A stretch of DNA of 64,000 nucleotides from Lytechinus pictus (taxonomy: Eukaryota). Under the pieces are notes generated by a model. It was not told the origin of the DNA and searched no databases. It saw only the letters and a list, made by a program, of their open reading frames with translations. The position numbers and the translations under genes are program-made. Positions 41,948 to 53,900 of the stretch are shown here, one piece after another. The stretch spans positions 23,004,001-23,068,000 of the forward strand of contig NC_087252.1 in assembly GCF_037042905.1 (NCBI RefSeq), in the 5' to 3' direction. The first letter of the stretch is position 1, and every line of letters begins with the position of its first letter.

Positions 41948-44900
41948 ATAATACATGTAGTAATGTTAGTAGTAGTCATATAATAGAAGTAGCATTTGTA
42001 GCAGCAGTAGTAGTTGCAGAAGTAGGAGCAGTACAAGTAGTAGCATTAATACCAGCAGTAGTAGTTGTTGAATATGAGACAACGCCCTAACATGTCTTAC
42101 AGTATGTATTCCTATAAAATAAATGGGGAGCATTCCAGCCCGTCGCCATTGAGGCGTACACATACATGTACTATAATGACTTTTACATCCTACCGGGTAC
42201 GCATTTTGCATCTGGGTGGAGAGTGGCTAATTGTGGATTAATGCCTTGCCTTTTGCCTTGGAAAATAATGTTCTATATATACTTTATATATTATATTTTA
42301 TTGTATATCGGATTGAGTATATGATTGAAAGTTTTCAAAGTGAATCAACAAACCTAGTGTCAGGGACAACAGCAAATATTGGAACAAGTTAAACCCAGAC
42401 AATCACCATCTCTCTCTTTATTTAAAAAAGGACTTATGACATTTCTTTTTTCCAGTCCAGATTGGTAGGATTGCAAATTTCATTTCATACTTTGATGTAT
42501 TCTTTTTTTTCTTTTAGTTGTAAGCGCGTTGGGCCATTTTGGGAAAGGGCAGTAAATAAATGATAATAATTTTTACCCCCTCATGCAGATACAACCTTTG
42601 CACCATGTGCTGAAGGTCGATTCCAATGTCCCGGTGACGGGGCGTGTATACCCCTCATTTGGGAATGTGATGGTGTAACTGATTGCGGATTCGCCGGAGA
42701 TGAAATCAACTGCCAAGTCCCAGAAGGTAGGTCCTGCTGAGTCCCGTAACACAATGGTTAGCGATCAATCGTACGCTTGATTTTCACGATTGATACTACA
42801 CTGTAGTCAATGCAATCAATCGTAGAAAAATGGACTACGATCATTGCTAAGTTTTGTGTTTCAGGACCCTGGGTCCCGTAACACAAAGATTAGCGATTAA
42901 TCGTATGCTTGATTTTCACGATTGATACTACACTGTAGTCAATGCAATCAATCGTAGAAAAATGGACTACGATCATTGCTAAGTTTTGTGTTTCAGGACC
43001 CTGGGTCCCGTAACACAAAGATTAGCGATTAATCGTACGCTTGATTTTCACGATTGATACTACACTGTAGTCAATGCAATCAATCGTAGTAAAATGGACT
43101 ACAATCATTGCTAAGCTTTGTGGTATGGGCCCCAGGGGTCCGTTACACAAAAAGTTGCAAGTGATCCAATCAACCACAACTATGGATGGCCAGCAACGTC
43201 AACATTTAAAATGCAAATTTGTTCAAAATATTTTCTAGATATATCATACATGCATCTTTCTCTTGACGATTCAGTGTGATTCTCTTTGTCTACTAAGGAT
43301 GTTGTAGAAAGAATTATGGTATGGATGGATTTCCATACAGTTGATATTGATTGGATCAGTCGTAACTCTTTGTAAGACGGGGACCTGATAAACCATAGCT
43401 ATAGAAAGCCAGCAATGCCAACATCTAAAATATGTTTATTTGCAATGTTTTCTTGATACAATTTATACTCATACATTAATCGTTGTCTTGACAATTCGGC
43501 GTGCTTTCTCTTTGTTTATAAATGATAATTGCAAATTTCCTGTAGGAAAAATTCTGGCACAGATGGATTTCCATATAGTTGAGGTTGATGGGATCAATTG
43601 TAACTCTTTCCCTGGGGTCCGTAACACAATCATCATATAGCATTTTTTAACGATTGCATTGACTACACTCAATTGTGAAAATCAAGCGTACGATTTATCG
43701 CTAACCTTTGAGTTATGTGACTCAGATGGGTGTTCCATAGTGCGGTTCTATAGATTCCAAGTCATTTGCTCCGGCGACAATTGCTCTGCTGTAAATTCAA
43801 CACCCTTATTTAATGACTAACGTCAACCTTGGATTGAACCACCATACCCTACCCCAAAAATTACCCTAAACCAAACATAAAACAGTATTGCAACTCGGGC
43901 AGATCCCGGATTTTCAAAACGGGGGGGGGGGGGGATTTTTGTAGAGAAAAAAATTAACCCCCCCCCCAACAGGTCTTTACTCCCAATTAAATGGTGATTT
44001 ATATAAAAACAAAAAAGGGTCCTCAATGGCATAAGCATTATATATTTCCCTATCAAATATTTGTTATGGCTCTAAATAGTGGGGGGGGGGGGCACAAGCC
44101 AGATGTGCTATTACCTGGATCCGCCACTGTTGCAATCGTAACCCTTCAACTTTGACAAAATAAAGCCTGGAGCACATATCGTGTCAGCTGTTTGTAATTT
44201 AGGAATAATTTCAGGCACAACTGGGACCCGTTGCATAAAACTTTTGCCATAAAAAAACTCTGGCAAACAAAACCATGCCATTGAAAATTAACCCAGCATT
44301 TTTTTATGGTGGTTATTTTCAGGCGAACTTTGTCAGGAGCATCACTTCACGTGCAATAACTCACAGTGCATCCGTGCCAGTTGGGAATGTGACAACGTTG
44401 AAGACTGTTCTGATGGTAGTGACGAGGAAAACTGCCGTAAGTACTCTTTTCCATGCTTTCTGACCTACATGTAGAAGTTAAAGGGGAGCGAATTGTGAGT
44501 GGTCTGTCACTGACTGTGTGTAAATAGGTAGTCTAAAAATCTACTTTTCATATACCGGTAACTATTGATAATTCAGAGAATAACTTAGCCCATGATATAC
44601 AAGAGAGTTTTCGCATTCACTATAGGGCAGCTCTCTACAATCCACTGATTCCTTTGAAAATGCAATTAAAATCACAATGGAGAACTGAGAGGCTTTTGTT
44701 GAAAGTTGGTGGACTGGGACAGCAGATCATCTGAAGATTTGCACCGGACGAACAATTGCAAATATGCCGTTGTCCAGAGTCAAAAGACGACACTGCTATC
44801 CCAGTCCACCAACTTTCGACGAAAGCCTCTCAGCTCTCTATTGTGATTTGACTTGCATTTTCCAAGGAATTGGTGCGTTGTAGAGAGCAGCGTCGTAGGA

Positions 44901-47900
44901 AATGCGAAAACTCTCTATTATTTGTATGGAGAAACCAAAATTTTCTCTGCAGGAAAAATACCCTGTTTATAGCTACTTGGTAACACAGTTCTTGCAGTAT
45001 GAATGTAATGAGTAATGATCTAGTGTGTTACCAGTCAAGTGGGTTTATATGAGACTACACTGCTGAGAAAGATGCATTGTGGGTGAGGAGCCTGGCCAGA
45101 TATGAGTAGCTGAGGACTCGAGGTGGCTCCTGGTTCGTATTTGCGTTAATTGGCACTTGGTTTAGACCCGCTTTGTCTACTTTTGTCTGGTCTCATCCCA
45201 TGGTAAATTGCCAACTCGTTCACTCACCACATGGTCTACCTTCATTTAGTCTAATGCCATTTCGTCCATCAACATTTTGTCTACCATTTGGTCCATTAAC
45301 CATTTGGTCCAATCATCACTTCGTCTAATCATTTTGTCCATGACCATTTCGTCTCATATTCAGTTGGTCTAATATCCGTTTCATTTTCATTCATTTTGCA
45401 CAATTTAACACTTAGTCCAATTAGACTAAATGGTATATGGAGTAATTGGGTATTGGACCAACTGGTTATTTGACGGAATGGCATTAGACTTAACGAAAGT
45501 AGACCATGTGGTGAGTGGACAAACTGATGGTAGACCAAATGATAGTAGACGAGTTGGCAATTGGATGAATGGGCATTAGACGAATTGGAAATGAACCCAT
45601 CCCACATAGTCCAATCCCGCACTTGCATATCTTTTTGACGAGTCTAGATATTGGTAACAATCGTCTTGTCATTTTCCCTGTTCTTTTATTCTCTTGTAGC
45701 TTTCTTGGGGTGTGGCGCTTCTCCATTTCTGTTTGAATGTTCCGCCAGCCAGCAATGCATCCTTGGCTTTCGAACATGTAACCACGTGGCAGACTGTGAC
45801 TTGGGCGAAGATGAGGCTAGTTGTGGTAAGTATATTCATGGAGAGTGATGGTGATGATGATGATGAATTTAGCCCATTTCCAAGAAACAAAATGAGAATT
45901 TTAAAAATCAGAACAAAGTACAACGATCACTTTAAATACCTGTACGTCTTTCCGATGTGTTAAGCGCAATTTAAATGCAGGTATTATTTGTTTTATTACT
46001 GAACATTATTGCATAATAATGTTGCATATCATTATACCCCTGCCAAACGAAGTATAAAGGGGGTACACTGTATATACATGTAGGAATCAGTGGGTAGTCG
46101 GTTAGTTGGTCGGTCCGTTGCAAAACTTGCGCATCAAACTACTTGCTCAGTTTGTAACCAATACTCGTGAAACTTGAAAAACATATTGGTGCTCAGGTAA
46201 AGATGTGCAAGACATATATTTTGCATGTGTAGGAAATTGTGTTGCCATGGTAACAATATATTACGGGAAAATATGGTAAAAATCTTGCAGTTTTCAACAA
46301 ATTCTCATGAAATTTGGTACACACATTGGTTGTGAGATAAAGATGTGCAAGACATATATATCATTTGTGTGAGAAATCATGTTGCCATAATAACGACAGA
46401 AAATATAGTGAAAATCGGGTGAAAATCTTGCGGTTTGAATTACTTCCATCAATTTTCCACCAGTTCTTATGAAATTTGGCTCACACATTGGTCTTGAGGT
46501 AAAGATGTGCAGAACATACTTTTCCATATGTCAGAAATTGTGTTGCCATGGTAACAACATAGTATATGTCAAAAATTAGTCCAAAATTTTGTGGTTTGAA
46601 CTATTTCATAAGTTTTTAACCAATTCTTGTGATAATTAGCTCACACATAGGTCTTTGGGTAAAGATGGGCAAGACATATAATTTTTTACAATGTGTTGGA
46701 AAATGTTGCCTTGGTAACGGCGTAAGGCGGGGGTTATTTATCACCTTCAGTGATAGTTCTAGTTATATTTTACTTGATATTTGACCAGGTGACTGTCAAG
46801 ATGGGTTCTTTACGTGTTCCAATGGAGGCTGTGTTCCAGAGTACTGGCGCTGCGACGGGGATAACGATTGCTTTGATGGTGGCGATGAGAGGAACTGTGG
46901 TGTCATTGGAACTATCGGTATGTGAATAATATGATAAATGCATAGAAAATAGCAATGGAAATTAGACATCAACTGAGATAGCTCAATAGCTCTACTGAAA
47001 TCCATCAAAAGCTTTAGTCAAATCGTTTTGTTTTCCTGCCAAAATCAAAATTCAACAATCTTTTAGGATTAAAATTCTTGCTTGAAACAAGCACTTGAAA
47101 GCAAGGCATGTCAAATTTCAACTAGAGTGGAAGGAAATTCTAAGAATTCACCCCCCCAGGAAAAAATAAAATCATATAGCACAAGAACATTTCTAGTCAT
47201 ATGATCTATCTGAGTGTAATTTCTGTCAAAGACCTGGGCCCCGTCTTACAAAGAGTTGCAATTGATCTGATCAATCGCAACTATGGAAAGCCAGCAAAGT
47301 CAACATATAAAATGTATGTTTGATCAAAAGAGTTTCTAGACGTGAATGTATATCCATAAATTCATTGATTTCTTGAAAATTTGGTGTGTTCTTCTTTGTT
47401 AACAAAGGACATTTTGCAAATTTCCTACAGAAAAAATTATGACACTGATGGATTTCCATAGAGTTACGATTGATTGGATCAATCGTAACTCTTTGTAAGA
47501 CGGGGCCATGAACATCTTTGTCCCCCAGGTTGTAATTTGTAAGTATGATTGTATTTTCAGAGAACGTCGTTCTAACTCAGGGCGAGACACAGCAAGTCAG
47601 CTCACCAGGCTTCCCGATGCGCTACGAATCCCTCTGCTACGTCGGTTGGCAAGTCACCGTTCCGGTCGATCGTTATGTGCGCTTTGAGTTCGTGGGCTTC
47701 GATCTGGCTCTGGCATCGTATGTCACCGTGGGAACAGGCCTCAACCACAGTGACCATGACACGTTTGTAGCTGAATTCCATCACAGCCACGAGCCGAGGC
47801 AATATGTCGTCCAAAGCAACGAGGCCTGGCTTGAATTCCACTGCGGACCGTTCGGAGGTGGAGACGGGTTCCAAATTATTATATCGGCCGTTGATCCAGA

Positions 47901-50900
47901 CAGTGAGTGTTGCATGAAACCTATTTGCAATTGATCGCCAGTATTGATTGCAAATTTACGATTGATAGATCATGTTTAGTGTTGCCTATTCATACTTTAT
48001 GTTGCAAGAACAAGCAGCTTTTCCCATATATCATGAAGTAAAAAAAATCAATGAAATGTCTTTTTTTTTTAAATATAGAATGTCGTTTTTATTGTGCCTT
48101 TAGTCTATCAACACACAAATCATTCAACATCCATTCCTGAAAAAACAAGAATTTTTCATGAACCATTGAAAAATTGACATTTATGCAGTTTATATTACAT
48201 AACAAGTAGGGCAGCTGCTCTTAGCTGACATCATACAGTATATCAAAAACTTACATTCTAATAATTTTCTCAATATTTGATGGATTTTCCTCAAACCTTT
48301 AGGAATATTTTTTTATTGTTTTATCTGGTATTTTTACATCAAACTTATTGTCTGGGTGAACCTCCCCCTTCATAAAATCTTTCATTTTTGTGCCTTATTT
48401 CTCTAACAGCTTACATCCATCCAACTTGCCCTAGCAATGAGTTTCAGTGTTCTGACGGGAATTGCATCGAGACCTTTGACCTTTGTAACGGAGTAAAGGA
48501 TTGTTTGGGAGGAGAGGACGAAGATCAAGACTGCGATAATTTTGATCATTGTTAGTACCTGCTTTTATGCCCCTACACCAAAAAAAGAAATGAATGAATG
48601 ATTAAAATGACTTTTCTATGAGTACATAGATAAATGAATAAATAAATAAGTATAAGTAAATAAATAAATAAATAAATGAATGAATGAATGAATGAATGAA
48701 TGAATGAATGAATGAATGAATGAATGAATGAATGAATGAATGAATGAATGAATGAATGAATGAATGAATGAATGAATGAATGAATGAATAAATAAGTAAA
48801 TAAATAATAAAAAGGAATAAATACAAATTAGTTGAATATCTTTATTTATAGTATATATTTTTATGAAAAAGAAAACTTAAAGAAAAAAAAAATTATTTAA
48901 GAAGAAGGAAGCATCAGAATTGGAGTCTTTTTATTTTTTTTTGCATTATTCTATGAACTTTGATATTCATATAACTCTGCCTATAGTAAGTTGAACCTTT
49001 TGGGACAGGAGAAATCTGTTTGATTTAGGAGAAATTGGACTTCTAAGTGTTATGTAACACGTGTTTTTGATAATCTGGAGGGTGTTTCACAAAGATTTCA
49101 GTACGACTTAGAGTCGCACTTAAATGCAGACGTGTACATGATATGCAACGTGCAATCTTCTTGATTAATACGCAGTATTGCGCGTCCTCTTGGCATGATC
49201 TGACCAATGCGTTCATGCCTTTTTATACCGCAGGCAACTAGGCATTTAAGTGCGACTCTAAGTCATACTTAAATCTTTGTGAAACACCCCCAAGATCTAA
49301 AAAGCGCTTTGACTTCGGCAATTATTTGACTTATGAAAGGGCGACTTCTGCAGAGTTACCTGTATGTAGCTTACTCCAGTGTGAGTTTTCAACCAAATTT
49401 TGTCTTCATTCTATTCATAGCTGAATGCGGAACCAATGACGACAAATTTGTGTGTCATACACCGCTAGGTCCCTATTGCATCTATCCACAGTACAGGTGT
49501 GATGGGATACGGGATTGTTTCTATAGTGAGGATGAAACAGATTGTGGTGAGTATTCCCTGCTTTTTACTATCCACTTATGAATAATAATATAAATAATAT
49601 AGGATTTGTATATCGCAGGTATCCACCCTGCTAGGTGCTCAAGGCGCTCCTATATAACCCTGGCTAAGCTAGTGTAACATGACCGTTTGTACACTCCAAA
49701 ATCGTAAACTCTTGCACTTCAGTCTCCTATGCTCTCCTGTAAATTCAATCTCCAAAGCTCTCCTTACTTTGATTAAACTAAAATTATTAAACTGAAGATA
49801 GGGTGAACGCAGAATAAATTAGAACTTAACACGATGAAGTCCAGATCAGCACTGACTTTACTTTCCAATCTAATCTTCTGGGAAGTTCTGCCAATGTACC
49901 CACATTGGATAATCATAGAAATCAACCAATCAAATACAAGGAAAATGGTATGAACCATAAAATGAACTAACCCTGTTTAAAAAATAAGAACCAATCAGAG
50001 AATAGAGAGGGGTGATCATGAGTTAAACTGAATCCTAATGAGAATTAAACAATATGACCATGTGGAGTGGAAAGCTAATGGAAAACCAGGAAGCATGACT
50101 GAGGGGAAACTGAATGAAAGAATGAAATGCAATGAACCTGTGTTGCTATGTGAGATGTATTGTGGAGATGGAATGAAAGATGAGATTATGACAATGTATG
50201 TGGATTGTGAGGATGGAAAGAAGGATAAGATGAGTTGAAATAAACAAGTTGAATGTAAGCAATAAAGTATGGAAAGCCAAATGTAAGAGTACAGATTAAA
50301 TAAATAAACCTAGCAAAATTTACTGTTACACTAGTCTACCGATTCCGGTATGCACAGCTTTTTTTAGGACTTACTTCCTGCCGGTACCCATTTACCTCAC
50401 CTTGGTTGAGTGCAGTTGGTCTAATATCCATTTCATTTTCATTCATTTTGCACAATTGAAACTTAGTCCAATTAGACCAAATGGTATATGGACTAAATGG
50501 TTATTAGAGGAAACAGTGAGTGGACGAATTGGCAAGTAGACCATGCGAATAGTAGACGAACCAATGGTAGACCAAATTATAGTAGACGAGTTGGCAATTG
50601 GACATATTGGCATTAGACCAATTGGAAATAAACCATATGTTGGTCCTGAAAAGGACCACCCAAACTCGACATTTCGAAAAGTGTGTTGAACTTATTGTCG
50701 TCTTAAGGAGAATGAATCAAAGTTGAAAAAGCAGGCTCTATAGACTCATTCAAGGTGCCGAAGTAACTGCGGTTTGCTGAAACGTCGAGTTTGGGTGGTC
50801 CTTTTCAGGGCCAGCATATTATCACGAAAGAATACATGGTGAACCGTCGAACAAATATTTTTGATCAATTAAACATTTATGTTCCTATTTTACAATTGAT

Positions 50901-53900
50901 AAATCAATCGTAGCTGAAGCACATTAGTTTACATGCCTTGTTGTAATCAATTACTGATATTAATTAGATATTAAATATTGTTAGATAGACAATCATTTTC
51001 ATACAGTTTGTCAATCAGCCATATATCAAAATCAAAAATTTGAGAATGGGTTGGCTCGAATGAATATCTGTTGCCTTCCCAGTGTTAATAGGCCCGTGGG
51101 ACCTACTATGAAAATTTATTTATCTTTATCCCTAAAATATGAGGGAAATAAATTCCAGTTCCTTGAGACTAGCTGTATATCAATGATTAATACTACTGTT
51201 ATAATTTTTTTTTTTCCCCAGAGTTTGAGGTAAGTGAATTCCAGTGTGTTGAGAGTAAACTGTGTATCAATGCTAAATACTACAATGCTGATTTATTTTT
51301 CTATTTCTTAGAATGTAAGGAAAATGAATTCCAGTTTGTTGAGAGTAAACTGTGTATCAATGCTAAATATTACTGTGCTGATTTATTTTTCTATTTTCCA
51401 TAGAATGTGAGGAAAATAAATTCCAGTGCGTTGAGACTAAGCGGTGTATCTATGCTAAATCCTACTGTGAAAATAAATTTTTCTACTGCCTAGAATGTGA
51501 GGAAAATGAATTTTAGTGCCATGATATCAATGATTAATACTACTGTTATAAAATGCTTTTTTTATTTCCCCAGAATTTGAGGTAAATGAATTCCAGTGCA
51601 TTGGGAGTAAGCTGTATATCAATGCTAAATACTTCTGTGATAATTTATTTTTCTATTTCTTAGAATGTCAGGAAAATGAATTCCAGTGCGTCGAGACTAA
51701 GCGGTGTATCAATGCCAAATACTACTGTGATAACTTCCAGGATTGTTCTCTTCCCGGTATTGAGGATAGATCCGATGAGATGGGCTGCGCCAATTTAAAC
51801 AACACAGGTATGTATTATGTTTAAAAGGGGTACTCCTTGCTGAAAATAGATGTATCTATAAAATACTTTACGAACACCATACGACTGATTTTATACCATT
51901 GATTGCTATGTATAAAAATCATTCGAACAGTGTTCGTAAAGGAATATGTGACCACCATAGCATTAATAGAGTAAAATTCAGTAAGAAAAATGCTGAAAAT
52001 TCCATCAAAATCTGATTACAAATAACAAAGTTATTAAATTTTACAGTTTAGCAATATTTTGTGAAAAAGGTTATATGCATGCCGTCATGAATATGCAGTA
52101 GGTTGGCTGATGATGTTATGTCCCCACTTTCATTTTTCTTATTTAATTACTTGAAATCATAATTATTTTGATATTTTCATACATCTGTGGATGATATGTC
52201 TCCCTTAAACAAAATGATTAGCAGAAAATGAGTATCATTTGCATGAAATCACTTTTTGATCATTTTTTTCATTCTTGGTGGACAAAATTTGATATAATTT
52301 CATAAAATAAAGTACAAATAAATAAATTGGGATATGACATACCGGTAATCAGTTTGTTTATTCTGTATTTTTTATTCTATATTCAACTCTTTGCCGGGGG
52401 GGGGGCTCTTTTATCTCCTCTTTAGGCATTACATTGGAGACCCTTCGTCCATCAGCCACCATGCACTGTTTTGCTTTTTTAATAGTGAATTTTGTGCTGA
52501 TAGGATAATAATGTCTCAGTTATGCTGTTGATATTTTTTCGCATTGCAGAGCTGCTAGGTAGTACTGATGTTTAGCAATTGTTACTGAAAAATGAGAATA
52601 ATGATGGTTTCATGCAAAGCACTGTTTTCTAAAGTTAAAGTTTTACATGTTATCCTATGGTATTTGAAAATACTGATTTCCTCACCAGAATGTTGATTCG
52701 CTCAACAAAAATCCGGATTTTCGGCTTTTCAGATAATGAAATTTTCTTGTTCAGGTCAGCAGCTCTGCATTGAAACTGATAGTTGTAAATATTGCCGAAG
52801 AAAGCTTTGCTGGTTCAGAGGTGAAGTTGAAATCGATTATGATAATTGCTGAATTAAAAATTGTGTCTGTGCAACTGTCCAACCTGACATTCACGCGCCA
52901 AGGGGTTAACGGAAAAGGCCCTGTCACTGTTCAAGGTTGGTTGTTGAGTCGGATAAAATCTTCCTTAACCCCTCTCCTCCTGTTTCCATCTGAGCTCTTG
53001 GTCCCATTTCATAGAGACCTGTGTGGGGAACAAGTTTGTACATTATTAATTGCAGTTTTATTCAGTAATCAGGCATAATGATCTTTTAATCTGTTCATTG
53101 CTTTTAAGCCAGAGTTCTCCCCCTTTCACATTTACAGGACATTGCTGTACTCCATAACCCTAATTTACATTCCTCTTTTCTTCAGTCTCCATCAGTCTTC
53201 TTACCTTGGTTACCCTCATCTATCCTTCATTCCTTGCATCCTTCACTTGACCATTCCTTTTGTTATCAAATCCCTTACCTCTCTTCAGCATTGTGAATTA
53301 CTCCCCTCCTCTCTCCAGGTAAACTGAGTCATGAATATTTATATTTTAAGACTCTCTAATATGATTGGATCTTCTACATGAATACATTGGCCCGTATTCT
53401 GAAGTCAGGATTAACTTAGACCGTGGTCTAACTCTGTGCTAAAATTATGGGAATCCAAAAGTGTCAAAATTTTTATTCAGTTGTATGTTTCTTATGTTTG
53501 CTGTGCTCTTTCCTGATTCATGGATGGTGAAGAAAATTATTTTGTTATACTTCCCAGACAATTATGAATGATTTGAGAGCCAAATGAGCCGAAATATGGT
53601 ATTTCTACTGTAGTGTTAGTGATTTATGTAACAATTGGCTATCCATACTTAAAGTAGAACTATATTGAAAATCGTAAAAATGGAGAATCATATATCAAAT
53701 TAAAGGAGAAAATAAGGAGAACACGATGGTGTAAATCATTTATCATGGAGACCGATGGAACTCAGTTAATTGATAGTTTAAAGTTCTCTCTCTGAATGCT
53801 TCAAACACGCAGAATTACGTCCGCGAAATTGGGGATTTTTTATGATGTCACTTTCTGTACGAGAGGCGTGATTGGCTCTCCAACGTGAAGCTCCACTTGC

